Source: Nymphaea colorata (taxonomy: Eukaryota). From it: DNA of 64,000 nucleotides. The stretch's first letter is position 1, and each line of letters opens with the position of its first letter. Below, piece after piece: positions 11,610-25,275 of this stretch. Under the pieces are notes generated by a model. The model searched no databases. It worked only from the letters and a program-made list of their open reading frames with translations, and was not told the origin of the DNA. The translations under genes were made by a program, and so were the position numbers. The stretch covers positions 8,060,001 through 8,124,000 of the forward strand of contig NC_045138.2 of assembly GCF_008831285.2 (NCBI RefSeq), written 5' to 3'.

Positions 11610-14027
11610 CTGACAGTATTACAATCTTGAAAGACCATGAACTTTCTTTTGCTGAGTTGTTTGTCTTTAAGGATTGATAAGGGAAAAAAAAAAAGAAACA
11701 AGATTATAACCAGAAAATTAATAAAGAAGATGAAGAAGAAACAAAGGAAAAATTTAGGAGCATTCGTGACTTCCGTGAGCTTGACATCTGTACTCTCGCT
11801 AGCGCAGCTATACATATAAGATATTATGCGAGATCTTACATTTGAAAATGAAGCTTCCAGATGAAACAACAATAATCAGCCCTGCTCGTTGCGCCAATAA
11901 TAACAGTTGATCATGACACTACAAAATTTGTCTTCACGTTCCTTATATATATTAAAAGGGCATTCAAATACTGCAGTTACTTTAGTCACTAATGGGATGG
12001 AGGACAACAACTATTTTGTCGACGTCAGCAGCTTACTGAATTGTACATATATCCTTCATTGTCTCAGTTTTCAGAACAATTAAGACTCAATTATTTAGCG
12101 TCCCTGAACTTCTTATTAGCAGATATTCTATCAATTTGCGCATGAGAATGAACTTTGTTCAAGCTCGACGTTCATCGAGATAGATCGAATTTGCCTTTTT
12201 CCTTTTGGCCTTCCACGTATACTCGCTTTTCTGTTTGAATATTGACCATGAACTGATATATAGGTTTCCCATTATCACGTTGTTCCTGTAGGGAGATTAT
12301 TTAATCCTAGCATGCTTACGATCATGTTTATATTCCTGTAGAACTATGGATCCCAATTCAATCTGCCTTCGCTAGAAAGAAATGTTAATATAACAGATTA
12401 AGATCAAATTTCATGATTGATCTACATTCAGCAATGTTTAAGTTTCAACATGCATGCTAAGGAATGAGGCTTCAATGACATTTAGTTTTTCGTTCCTTTT
12501 CGGGTTTAATCAACATCACATCTAATTCAATGACTACCCATTTCGTGTTAGTGCTAATGGAACATTGTGGTGACTGGCCATTTCATGTTAATAATGCAAC
12601 AAAATAATGAAGTTCTGCATTAGATGCTATCTTGCATTATTGAAGGGAATAGAATGCGTGAGAATTGAAACTCACGTTTTTTGCTGCAGTGCTGAAAGCT
12701 TCCTTGTGGCTGATGTCTGGGTTGCAGGCTTTTATCCTTTGTATTTCTTCCCTGTGAAGAGGAGATGTTCATGAGAAACTGCCTTCATGATGTTCTTCAA
12801 GGAGGATATGACAAAAATAATGTGCTTATTCATTGTTGTAGAGCGATTAGAAAAAAAAAAAAGGACCTCCCCAATTTTAATTGGCATGAACCAAAAATTC
12901 ACAAGATAAACATACGTCAGATAATCCTACAGGTTAATGGTCTGTTCTCTTATATACACTCACTTGATGAATCGGTTGTATGCTGAAGGAACTCTTTGCC
13001 TCTTCTCCGGTGCTGCGGAAATGGTAAAAAGAAAACAAAAGAACACCATGGTGTCGGTAAGATCCCAATATTGCAAATTTTTTCTCCAAAATTTTCATGA
13101 TGCTCAAGTTGGAAGGAAAAATCATTGGCATCATTCACGTATCCAAGTGTATGGTTTAGAAATGAAACATGAAACTAATTAACATGGTGCTTGACCATTG
13201 CTCTAAACCGCGCAGACAGTCAATCACTAATAGGATTCTGCTACTTCCCTTGCATTTACTCTCTGTTTGTTCATAAATCACTGCATTAATAAAGAAGAAG
13301 ACAAGAGGAAGAGAGAATTACGCCTGTTGGGGAGCACCCGTTGTTCCTCCTTCTCAGGGTTCATCATGGAAATCTTGTTGAACCTGGAAGATGACGACCC
13401 GCATTCTTTTCCGTACGGTTGGGGGCTGAAAGCAGCGTGAGCCTGCAAGATTGAGATCAAAGAAAGGTACCTTCTTGTCAATCAATCACAGTCTATAATA
13501 TTTCATGACCAGATAAATGAGCGTCTTTCAGGTGACATCCATCAAATCAAAAGAAATAAAGGCTTCGTTTGTCTCTCTTTTTATCTTTTCCTTTCGTTCG
13601 AGGCCGTCACGTCTCTCCTTTTGATTCGTTACCACTTCTTTTATGCAAATCAGTCAACCAACAGAATCATGCGCTTCAGTTTTTCCATGGCAGAAAAGGA
13701 GTAACGATCTCTGCCAAGAACACAAGAGGAAAAACAAGAACACGAACCGTCTTTCCCTTTCTCCATCCTTTCTTTCATCTGGTTATGTGCCATTCTCTGC
13801 CGTCATGTTTTTTTGTTTTCAGAAGAATCGTGACATATTACTGTTTCTTTTTAATGATTTCTTACCTGGAGGCCCTGAAATGGCATGGCTGCAGGTAGCA
13901 GAGCTCCCATGTTGACAGACTGAAGATTCGAGCAGTGGCCGCATCTGATGGTCACTATGTTGAGCAAGTTGGTGCATGGTACGCTTACCTGTTCATATCC
14001 ACAAGACCCACATCTTAGTTAGTAAGA

Positions 14028-14064
<37 letters not shown>

Positions 14065-15678
14065 AGTGTTAGAAAGAGAAGGCGGGGACGTGCGAGAGAG
14101 GGGGGCAGCCCGTTCTGTTGCGGGTCTTCCTTAATTTATTCTATTTTATTTTACCTTGGGTTTGTCCGTTATGGGTGCCCTTCCTATTCAAAGAAAAAGT
14201 AACACAAAAAAGGAAAAAAGAGAAAGACGGGAAGGACGGAGCATGAAGGACTTGTCAAACCGAAACGAAGCCAAAGTTCCATTTAACATGATGAATTTGG
14301 GTGAGAGGCTGCCGGATTTTCCCTGATTCCATTCTCCAAGAGTTGCAGCAGCCTTAAGGTTTCTCTACTTTTCCGGTCGCCATGAACGGAAAGTGCAAGG
14401 AAGACTTCCGTGATGGGGGTTTTCAGCTTTCTTCTCTGTTGCTTTGATGGTCGACCGAGTCGTCCGAGGGTTTCACTGTTGTTCGATGGCAGAACAGAAA
14501 AAGGATGCATAAGACCTCAGGCCTTGTTTCTTTGCTGCTACAGTCTCTAGGAGAAGAGTATGTGTGCTGCACTCACTTGCATCTCGTGAGTTTTGATAAT
14601 AATCGGAAGAGCGACCGGATTTAGAACCCATCATTTTAATCTCATCCTGGCAGAAGCTATGAGGTGAAAGACAGCAATTATCAAAAAGGCTTGTATGGGC
14701 ACTTGGTTCGTGATAATTTCTGCTTGAATTAGCTTCCGTAGAACTCACAAGGAAAAGAAAGGAACTTGGGGATGAAGAAGAAGACGGGAACGAGGAGGAT
14801 GGATGAGATGGGGAGGTGGAACGAACACAATAAAGGGCAGAAATAGATGGAGAAATCACAGATGGAGAGTTAATTAGTGAATCTTACAAGGGAAAAACTA
14901 CCCAAATAACTGGGAATTGGTTAAGGATATGGAATGCACCATCATCGAGAAGATATTACAAGTATCTGTAACTCGTGGACATAATCTTCACTTTCATAAG
15001 TTTTCGTACCGTAATACATCGTGGTTATCGAGAGTCTGCTTCAAAGAGAAACTCATGCAACAGAAGGCCAAATTTCAAAAAGATACACAAGCCAAAGCTT
15101 TCAATTACCTTTTGTTTTGAAATAGACACCGGAAATTCTCTCTCAGATTGTCATTTGTTGGTGGAAAATTGAAGCAAGGAAGTTGGCATCTACCACTTTC
15201 CTCTAATGCAGCTCAGTTATTTGCTAAAAAACCTACAGTCTTTGGGATGCTCAAGAAACTTTCCGAGAGAGAGAGAGAGAGAGTTAAATTTTGGAAACTC
15301 TAGAAACAACCCATTGAAGAATAAAAGAAGCAATTTTTTCTTTTCTTCTTTTTTATTTTGAAAAACGCAGAAGACCATGAAAAAAACTATATTATCGTTC
15401 CAGAGATGAGGTGCAACCGCAACCACCGCATGAAGATCAAGCCAAGAGTCTTCTTCTCTTTCTTCTTCTGCTACCGCTGCTCTCCAATTCCTCCGACGGC
15501 AATCGATATCCGCTCGGGCATCAGAATTTCAGGGCAGGTAGGTAAGCAAATACATAATTCTAGATGTTTTACTTGCAGGAAAACAAAATAGGAGGAGCAA
15601 TCTCTGTACCGCGAGGATGGTGTTGCAGAAGTTGCAAGGCAGGTAGTAGACATGCTCACTTCCCATTTCCATCGACAT
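7556..15678 (-). CDS. YAB2: YABBY transcription factor, YAB2 clade, 184 aa; join(15678-15610,13988-13866,13442-13322,13012-12964,12751-12676,7672-7556)
   Basis: C2C2 zinc finger [14 protein letters not shown]...VTIRCGHC and YABBY domain [54 protein letters not shown]. All five introns are GT-AG and in phase (69+123+121+49+76+117=555 nt). The CGSSSS linker and the LEGNKQAK tail resemble YAB2; clade assignment is from memory of the family. Confidence 0.95.
8704..8962 (+). mobile_element. Possible degenerate SINE with an internal ~45-bp duplication (YABBY intron 5)
   Basis: A-box-like TAGCGCAGGTGG at ~8722. GGTGGCAGAAAGCTGCCCAGATGAGAATCAACGCACCTTCTTT occurs at ~8729 and ~8822. No clear B box. 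Confidence 0.3.
10764..10977 (-). mobile_element. tRNA-derived SINE, 214 bp, with 16-bp target-site duplication (YABBY intron 5)
   Basis: Perfect flanking direct repeat TGAGCTTGATCCATAT at 10748-10763 and 10978-10993. Minus strand has A-box TAGTATAGCTGG and degenerate B-box GGCTCTACTCC near its 5' end. Confidence 0.8.
12676..12751 (-). CDS. YAB2: YABBY exon 5 ([25 protein letters not shown])
   Basis: 76-nt exon; TCACAG| and |GTGAGT. Confidence 0.97.
12964..13012 (-). CDS. YAB2: YABBY exon 4 ([17 protein letters not shown])
   Basis: 49-nt exon; CCGCAG| and |GTGAGT. Confidence 0.97.
13322..13442 (-). CDS. YAB2: YABBY exon 3 (variable linker)
   Basis: Acceptor TTGCAG|, donor GGC|GTAATT; 121 nt, phase matches exon 4. 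Confidence 0.9.
13866..13988 (-). CDS. YAB2: YABBY exon 2 ([41 protein letters not shown])
   Basis: Acceptor AACAG|, donor CAG|GTAAG; second half of the zinc finger. Confidence 0.95.
14029..14061. repeat. (CT)n microsatellite near the 3' end of YABBY intron 1
   Basis: Direct reading. Confidence 0.9.
15610..15678 (-). CDS. YAB2: YABBY exon 1 ([23 protein letters not shown])
   Basis: ATG at 15678; donor GCG|GTACAG. Confidence 0.92.
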
Positions 15679-15726
15679 TTTTCTGATCGTCACAGAGCCT
15701 CGGAAATAACTTCTCACAGACAGATT

Positions 15727-15988
15727 GAGAGAAAGAGAGAACGCAATAGAGAGAGAGTGGGAGAGAGAGAGAAAGAGAGGATCTTATACAACACTGGTGG
15801 AGATCATGACGGGGAAAGATAGAGTGGATGTGAAAGTTGGGACGAGTGAAAACCGGGCGTTTGTACGGCAAGGTGGTTTTCTTGAGAGGGATGGCTGTAT
15901 TCTCTCTTCTTTGGGAGATAGCGGCCAGTTTCCCTTTAATTTTATGATGGTTAAATATGGTTATTGACTCAATGAATGAACATATGAG

Positions 15989-16026
<38 letters not shown>

Positions 16027-16175
16027 GTGGGCTCTGTGTAGCGGACGAGGTGGGCGAATTATGGGGGGTAAAGTGAAGGTGAAAAACACTGAGAGACAAG
16101 AAGATAGAAGCAGACAACAAAATCCAACCCCCCTCTCCCTCTCCCTCTCTTCTCTCTCTCTCTCTCCCTCTCTCA
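15727..16175 (-). promoter_or_regulatory. GA/CT-repeat-rich YABBY 5'UTR and proximal promoter (candidate BBR/BPC GAGA elements)
   Basis: (GA)n tracts at ~15727-15779 and 15992-16025, and an oppositely oriented (CT)n tract at 16132-16174, immediately upstream of the ATG. Confidence 0.55.
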
Positions 16176-17124
16176 ATACACAATCTGCCACACTTTCTGT
16201 CCTTTAGTTTGCATCATGTATGATTCAACATGTCCTTCCATCATAATCATCTCTTCATGACCTTATTAAACGAAATTCAAACCCCAAGTCGAAGAGATTT
16301 GCATGAGAAGCCTCTGAATCGCACTACTTTAAAGCCAGTAATTTTGTCTGCAGTGCACATGAGTTATTGACTCAGGTGGTCACCGCATGTGGCTCAACAT
16401 GGGTCTTGCCTTAATGCTAATGAGATTTTTGAAGGGCTGGTGTCGGCACACTGAATCACAATCCCTCCTGAATAAGATCAAAGAAGGCTTCTATTTAAGC
16501 GCCATATCTATACTTTCAGAAGTATTGTTTATACTTAGTACCCACATCGCCTTCCTTCTTCTTCCTTGGGACCTCGTTTGCCCCCACGGGGGAGAGAAGG
16601 GCAGTCTGGTGAATTTGGTCCTACAAATTGCCTGTCAACCGACCCGTACTCCTCCGACCGGCCTTGGATGGCCGTGTCTGCGGATGAGTACAAGGGCACA
16701 TCCCCAATTGACTGTGCTGCCCTCTCCCCAACTTGGTTTGATAATCGTGCCTTGTCCTTTTGCTCATACACGTACTGGCTCGGTAGCGGGCCAGACTGCT
16801 TCATAATTGCACCAGTGATCCGATTACATGATGGCCCCCCAGTGGAGCACCACCATCTTCTCTTCTCCCTTCTATTCTACATGTGCGAGTGTGTGGAGAG
16901 GGAGAGAGAGCTGTGGCGCGGAGCAAGGCATGCTTGACTTGACCACAGGCCAAAACCAATAAAGCGTAGGGTGCCCACAGCTTGCACCCAGTATCATAGT
17001 GTCTCCTTCTTGCTCTCTTTTCATAATAAAATTCATGCTTCCAAAGGTGCATGTGTTTCATTGAGATGATTTCTTTTGCCAACAAAAGCTTTTACAAATG
17101 ACAGCCTAGCTGGATGCGTTCCCC

Positions 17125-17212
17125 AAGGGAACTTTACAGGTTGAATGAGGTCAACGGTTCGAACCCCAGTTCGTTCTTGTCTGTGAAAAAGCAAGAAAGA
17201 AAAGAAAAGGTG
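17125..17212 (+). mobile_element. 5'-truncated SINE-like insertion
   Basis: Perfect Pol III B box GGTTCGAACCC (17156-17166), A-rich tail, flanking 10-bp repeat TGC(G/A)TTCCCC (17115-17124, 17213-17222). Confidence 0.45.
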
Positions 17213-19399
17213 TGCATTCCCCTTTATAACCTGCAGTGGTTTCTAATTATACATTCCTCAGTAAAATAAAGAGGTTGAAGTGTTTTGTCTTCTTCCTTTT
17301 TCTTTGCTGTAATTGCAGATTACATATTGCTCAATTTTTATCTCTTATTTTATACATGTCATGCATCAGAGTGTCGTACTTATGATTTCAGACCTAAACC
17401 TCAGCCATCATCAAACCAAACAGTAAAAAAACAATATATTACAGTACTTCAAAGCTTTCATTTATGCATTTATTTATTTATTTTAGATCAGCAAATGAAG
17501 AGTAGGAAGATCCCAAACAGATGGGTGCAAGAATTTTGAAGCTACAAACAATCAGGTGAAGGAACCAATCTCTCATAGTCCATCCTTTCAAGCGATCTGT
17601 TCCAGAATTAGGCATCAACAAGATAAGGACCAAAACAGCACATGCAAGAGGAGTGAGAAAGATGCTCGAAAGATATTCCTGTTACTTTCCAAGGCCTTAA
17701 TTTCAGTTAAACAATCGAGCATATTGATAGGTCACATCAAGAACTTATTTCACGAACGGTAAAAAAAAAAAGGAAAAAGCAAAAGCAAAGAGGAGAAAAA
17801 CTAAATTCATCTCAAATGGATTCCTAAAACTGGCCAAAAGTTAGGCCTTTCATAAAATTTCCTCTGTTTCCTTCCTCTTTCAAACATAAAGTTAACCAGC
17901 ATGTCGATTTCCCTCTATAAAGAGCCTTCCAGCTTTGATCAAACACAGGGAAACTTTGTATGCTATCAATAGCCACACTAAAATTTCTCCTCTAGAGCAG
18001 TATGACACGACAAAGAAGATCGCATTGGACATTTGAACAAGCAAAACTAATACTGTGCCTGGTCCCCTATCATGAAGTTGATAGCAATCTGTAAGGGAGA
18101 CATCTATATCTATTATTATATTTTTCTATGACCAACTACCCACAAGTTATATGTGCATGCTCTCAGATCTAAAGTGCCATTAATCTACAAAGATTCATTG
18201 TCATTGGGGTGGTCCAACCAGGCCCTGATGTTGTGGTGCTAGATCCTTCGTACTGTAATACATGTGTCATTGCCATGGACTTCATCTCTGTATCATATAG
18301 TTTTTACTATTTCATCACCAGCCATCCGTCACCATGCTTGTGGTCCTAAAACAGAGAGGGGCCTATTTATTAAAAGGCCCTTTTTCTTCATAGAAAAGGA
18401 ATCACAAGACAAGTGCAGTCATTCCGCTAATTGAAGGTGCGAAAGCAAACAAGTCAAAGCTTTACACCTGGCCGGTTCAATTTATTTGAGACCTTTCAAG
18501 TAATTCGAGGTGCAGTAGAGTTCCAACTCTCAATAGTAAAGGTTGTTAACCTTTAACTTGTCAATCAAAGGGAAGGTTGTAGAGGAAAATGTTCAAGTAG
18601 TTGTTACCCTAGCTTTTTCAGGGTATTGTTCTCATAAAGATTTAATGACCGAAGCTCACTCATCTGAATAAAAGAAAACTATTATTGAGGGCAACATTAT
18701 GAGCTCCACCTGTCTAGATGGGTGCCAAACTTAACACTTTCATGAACTTAAGCCATTCAAATTGAAGAAAGACAAGAATTCAATGCCCAAGGTGCACTTC
18801 TTGGCACACACTGAAAAGAGACTGCTTTCATTGAGAATATGACTCACACTCAAGGAAAATCATTCGAGAAGGAAAACCAACTAAAAATACTTTACGATAC
18901 TGCAAAACGTTCAATACATAAACTTGACAATTAATAAGTGTTTTAATGATGGACATCTTTTTTCACATTCTCCTTATGCCACCTTTGGCATTCTTTTCAT
19001 AAGTGTCATCTTCAACTATGAAGTTATCTATTAACTCAAACTAATAACTCATATATTAATACTGTAACAATTATTTATACCTTACATAACCTCAACAATA
19101 AACCACAACCTAACAACAAAATATAATATTGATCCACTACATAACTCACTATGTGAATGGTGTAACATAGTTAACTACAAGAACCCTTCATCTTCACATG
19201 TGACTTTTTCTATACTATTTTTTACCATGTCTATGCTACCTATATTTATTTAGGTCATACAAGTACCACAGTAACTCTTAACGTTTCTACTTACTACACC
19301 TTTTATCAAACTATGAAAGCAAAACAACAGAAAGTCTAACTTGGAATTTGACTTCGAATGATAGACTAAAATAGGTTCACACTTCCAGGAACCCTTCTC

Positions 19400-22290
19400 A
19401 ACCCATTTTCAAGAACTCTTCATTCAAAGAAACATTTACGACAAAAGTTTTCACCTTCAATGTTCTGTAAAAATATTAACCACTTGTTCTTCCAACTTGC
19501 AGTGCACAAACTTGCTCTTTTGTCTTTGACATGTTGACAAATGAAATGAAAGCTAAAAAAATATGTTTGCATTCCTCAAGGTGTACCCAAATTTTCTTCA
19601 ATGTAGTTATTTAGAATGTATTGTCCACAATAATTATAATCGGACCGTCCTAAGGACTTCACAATTTTTTCAATAATACTCCACAACCAAATAGTATAGA
19701 CGCGTGAAAAACTGCTAAATATTTTGGGTTGCAGTAGACAAAGTAACAATCGGCTGCTTCTTCCAATAACCAAATAAATGTAATGGAATAAAAAACATTT
19801 AAATTGCAATGTTTTCTTGATGTTAGATATTACTTCTCAAATTCCTATCATAATATCCAGTAGGTTTCAATACATACAATGATCAATAAAATGGTCCATA
19901 ACTAAGTGCACCCTTCAAGTACAAGAAAATCTTTCTAGCTACCTACAAATGACTATGATTTCAATCTTGAGCAGATCTACTGATCAAATCAACATCATAA
20001 TATATCCAACCTCATGTAAGTAAGATTTGCAAGCTTCCAACTATCTTTCCAAAGAAGATAGGCCAGCAATGGTATTATCTGTACTTTGCTTTTTGCCAAA
20101 GTCATAATCAACTGTAGTTCTTCATCTTGAAATTTTTAAGTTCTTATACATTTATTTTGAGAAATGAACGTGATCTCATCAAACTATCTTACTTCAACTC
20201 CAAAGAAATGGGACTAACATTTATCATTTCAAATTCATTAATTATAAACATTTTGAAGTCTTCAATATCATGAAACTACAATTGGTAAATATTAGATTAT
20301 CAACATCTAAGCATATTGTCAATGTCTCTATCTTTATTAATCTTAAAGTATAATGCATTAAAAAAATTACTTTAGACAACCATAACAATAACAAATTGAA
20401 TCACATCTATTCAAACAATAAGTGCAAATACTCCATCATAAACAATTAGAAGTCCTTGCAGTAACCTTTACACATTCATTAGCCTTATTGTGCAACATTT
20501 CACCTCACCCTTTCTATTTCCTTTTTGTTTCATAAAAGTATGATTTTTTCAGAAGATATGTTTTTTGCATGTTATTTTTTTCAATGTCTTTAATATGATT
20601 CTAAGGTAAAAGAACTTCTAAGCTCTAACACATATTTTATTTTTCTTTGATTTGAAGACTCATTTCATGCCAACTGATTTGTTACTTTGTAGAAGTTTGT
20701 AAATTTTTTTGTTTCATTCTTCTTATTTGCTTAGATTTTAATTTTTTTTGTTTCATTCTTCTTATTTGCTTAGATTTTCATATACATCAGATTTCTTCAT
20801 AGTGTACTTTAAGTGACGTTTTAAAACCACTAATTTACTTGCAAGAAGTAAGTAAATATATTCACTGTCGTATTGTCAATTACGAACGAATGTCTTCCAT
20901 TGTTTTTATCTTTATTAATCAAAATTATACTTATATGAAACTTTGGAGCTTGAGGAAATGATAACTAAATACTATGTTTTTTACTTGTTCTTTTATTCTT
21001 CATATTCACCTACATCATATTTTATTTTTAATCACTTTTTCTATTCAATGAAAGATTTTTATCAAACTCTATATTATGCATATTACCAACTTCCTATCTA
21101 TTACGTCATAAATCTTATGACCTTTCATGGTAAATTAATAATAAAAATACATCTTACTTTTGTCATTTATTTGTTGCACTTTTGATCGTAAACTTGTGTA
21201 TGTAGCTCATCAACAAACTCTCAAGTGAGCAGCATCTGGTCTGTGACCACTCTATAATGCTTTCATGTCCTAAATTGAACTTTCACAATAAGATATTTAT
21301 TTAGAATGTAAAGTTGTGCATATAATGATCTTGACACAAATTTGGTTTGATAATTTTTTAATTCCAATGTACCTATCCATATCAAGAATATTTCAGTTTT
21401 CGGTATTCATTACTTCATTTTATAAAGATATATAAAACACTGTGAATTAGTGATGAAAAACTCTATACTTCTTCTGAAAATCATTGAAATTATTGAAGTA
21501 TTATCAACTACTTATACCTGAATTTAGCACCTTTATAAATGGTCCAATTAGCTTTTCATTATAATTTTTTTATTTTAATTTTGTTTCTGTTTTTCTCCAA
21601 CAGAACTTTTCTAAACAGTCATCAGTAAAGGTGAGAAAATTGATTCCTCCAAGAAACATGAAAGTAAGGGAACTAGATATATACATCTCTTTCAACAAAA
21701 TAACTTTTTTTTCCTTAATGCTGTCAATATGTCCTGCTATCAATATGTCATCCATTAAATTTAGCACTATCACATCTTACCAATAGCTGATTTTTCATCC
21801 TTTTTCTTAAAGAAGCATTAGTTTTCTTGCAAATCTTTGTAGGTAACCTAGAGTATAAGTTTATTTAAAATCATGCTTTTTAACCTTTTTAATTCTTCCT
21901 CTAAACTAATGGTACAACTAGATGATAGATCCATAGCTAATGGATTTTTTCCCATAGTTGTGATATTGTTTAAATGATCACAACTTTTTTCCATATATAG
22001 ATTCAGAAGCATCAAATTTTTTGAGACATAGTCAGATATTACGTTAACTGTCTTCATATGTAATTCATCAAAATCCACTCTCAAGGTTTTAGGTCATAGC
22101 TTTGTCATCTTTTCAGTTCGTTTACAACAGTTTGGAAGAATTGCTCATGTTTATCTTGAACTTGTCAATAATGAGATCATCTCAAAAGTATGCTGATCTA
22201 TACTAGGTGCAAACAGTTACCTATCTTCTAATTCACTTCGAGAGAACTTTTGTCACTTAATCCTGATTGCATACCACTTGTTGATTTTTT
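19400..22290 (-). mobile_element. Highly decayed Ty1/copia retrotransposon relic
   Basis: Minus-strand remnants in copia order: PBS-like ATACCA next to TGTTG (22271-22283), NLGHE (~21270), KSVGMK*VFK (~20670), ICLDVDNLIFT (~20300, cf. LYVDDLIFTG), IVGSLQ (~20035), HCKLEEQVVNIFT (~19490, RNase H end). Confidence 0.75.
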
Positions 22291-25275
22291 TAAAAGCCCA
22301 ACCACCTCATTTAAATGCATAAATTCTCCTGGTTAACTTCACCAACAGAAAAATTGAATTTGTTAGATGTCTTGAACATTATATAACTTTTGATGGAAAA
22401 ATTAGGGTCTCTTACCAACACAAAGAAAGTTGCTTAAAAAAAAACAAAGGCTGTATGCAATTTTATTGTAAAATATTCAACTCTTACACATGAACTTAAA
22501 ACCTTATTGATATCTAAAGTGGTGGAAACCCTTTCTATACTCTCTTGACTTTTTATGGGTTTCATCGTCGACCATAGATTTCTGCATGAACTCTAACTGA
22601 TGGCCTGCAAATACCACCGTGATTGTCTGTAACTTATATAACCTTCAACGCTAAGTCACACACCAAGCGTAATGCATCATATATATCTCATCGCATGGTC
22701 CTATGTATGAATGTTCTACTCTTACAATTAATTAGGAAGACGCTTCACGTTTACATGTAACTTACTGCCGTCAATTTTTTTCACCATGTGCAAATGCTAT
22801 AAACATGCCCTCAAAATCTTTACAACTCCACACTTTTATCAAACTACCCAATTAGCAGCATAAAATGAAAGCAAATTTATTCTTTGTGACATTGACTAGT
22901 GATCAAAATGTTTTTATTTTTCTAACATTATCTTAGCATAGTGTGCATGTTTTGTATCACATGCCAACAACACCATCTGCAAAAAGTCTAACATTGATCA
23001 GTTTTGCTACGGGTTATCTTGCTGTCAAACCTTGTACCTCTGATGAAATACTATGTGTATGTGGTTGCTCATTTGAAAACATTATGTTTCATGAAATGGT
23101 GCTATGCACAAAACTTCCGTAGAACTTTCAATATCAATGTCCCACATGACTTTAGGAAAAATAGGTATAAGGAACTATTCAGGTTGTAAGACAAGTTCAA
23201 TTCATATCTACTAAATTTGACCATATAAATGTGTTCAACATAGGTTATTGCTAAAGTCAAACCTGCAATTGCATCATTGTGAGGTAAGTAAATATTTAAT
23301 TATGGAATTTGCTATGGGATACATGCAATGGATTTTGAAAATATTTTAAAGAAACGTGCCTTCAAGTTACAAATACATGATTTCAAAATCATGTTCACCA
23401 AGTCTACATAATCAGATTTCAAATATTTGAAATACATAAAGAATCTCAATCAACAGTTTGATGCTGTTATAAGTGCGCCATGTACACCCAAAGCCACTTT
23501 TAGTATATATGCCATTTACTATTTGTCATATTATTGCACTGTAGTTAGATCTAGAAATCATAATCTCTCTCTCTCTCTCTCTACCTCTCTCTCTCTGTGG
23601 GTGTGTGTGTGTGCGCAAACACCAACTCGCATCTATTTGCAACCCTAATTTTTTCATGGTATTGAACATTTCAATTTTCACGCAATCCATGCTAATTGAT
23701 ATATATGAGGTAACACGCACAAGCTTTTCATCATCGGTTTTAAAGTAAGGTTAAAAAATACAGGTAGGATTTTAAATGCCTTTCCTAAGAACTATACCAT
23801 AAACCAATACTTGGAGTTATAAATCTTATTTTAATGTGAAAGCGAAAATACAATCAAAAGAGAGTGACTCCTGCGAAACAGTTGACTACATTAATTTATG
23901 TGGTTGGATTGATTTGAACTGGTAATGAGGCCATCATTTTCGTTTGATGTTCTAAAATATGATTTATATATGAGATGCTCAAAAAACCTTTCAAATTTTC
24001 AGTTCATGATTTTCATCCTTATAGTTCCTATTTATAGATTAAAACTACTGATCAGTGGTCACTCAACATGTTTCTTTTTTACCATAAATACGTTATAAGT
24101 TTCCCCATTGTTGGTCCCAACGAATTTTAAAAGTATGTCTTTCTTATAAAGGTCGACAAGCTAGGTGATCAAAGAACTGGTACCACAATACCAATCTTTC
24201 TTCTCTTATTCAACCCAGTTGAATCGCATTCATGCCCCGTGGCATTTCTCATGGTCACTTCTAAACTAAAGAACACCTTCATTAGTTTCATTTTTCCAAA
24301 GAAAAGCAATTATGAGGCTAGGCATGTGCCTACGTTAACAACAAGAGAACCAGAATTCAGATACAATGGCAGAAGCACATGCATGCAAGCTAGCAATTGC
24401 CACAAAGACCTACAAAAATTTACATATTTATATACTAATTAAAGCCCCATACTATTTGCTTATTTACACATGGGTATCCCTCGGCCATTAACTTTTTTGA
24501 GGAGCTCGCCCTTCTGCCAAAAATTTCTAGCTCTACCAGTTAGTGTTCATGCCAAGCAGCCGGCCTGCTGACCTAAAATTGCTTTTGTTCTTCTTCGTCA
24601 TAACATAATAATAATAAAAAAAAAGTGATATTATCTTTGCAATTACTAATATGGTAAACTCATTTCACATGTACATATTATATATGTAATTTTGCAGTAA
24701 AATGTTGGTGGATGTTAGATTGCGTATGCAAATGGAACTGCACCATTTAATGCCTCATCCACGAGCATGTTCCATGGGAGCTTAGGTAAGCCACGATGTG
24801 CTCCATTGCCGACCACACATTCGGCAGCGACAGTTGTTGCTGTACTGTGCATAATTGTCTGCGGAGTATCTTTTCTTTTTCTTCCTGTTCCTTCCAAGGC
24901 TGGTCTTTTTCATACTTTGGAAAGTGGCTGGGGCTGTCATAGATTGGCATTGGGACTGTTTGGCTACTAATGTGGAAGAACAAAGGTACTCTAAGTTATT
25001 GAGTGTTGTGCTACGTCCTCAATTCGACTCACATGAGTATTACCCTTCTGAATTGCAAACGATAACATGTGCAACACTTAAATTGATGGGTAAAATATAG
25101 CACCAATCAAGTTTTAAAGCAGCCATAAACCTTAAGGGCCAAAAGAAAAGGACTCGATTTCACCTCTCATGAACCACCACACATGCATGGAAACATATGT
25201 TTAATTATTTCAATGGCACAAGTGATCTTCCCCTTGTGAAGCCTTATACATGCGTCTGACCCAATCACGTCGTGA

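Noticed and set aside
11553..11614. C/D-box-like pair (CTGATGA ... CTGA)
   Set aside because: Antisense to the host intron, the interior is mostly (CT)n, and there is no terminal stem or guide.
15656..16191. ORFs upstream of the YABBY ATG
   Set aside because: Low-complexity ER/SL peptides derived from microsatellites.
16387..16937. Overlapping 89-139 aa ORFs ~1 kb upstream of YABBY
   Set aside because: No recognisable domain or splice structure; more likely GC-richer promoter sequence.
18010..18035. Partial miR393-like match GATCGCATTG (also miR160-like TGCCTGG at ~31515)
   Set aside because: Matches are too short and no supporting hairpin is visible.
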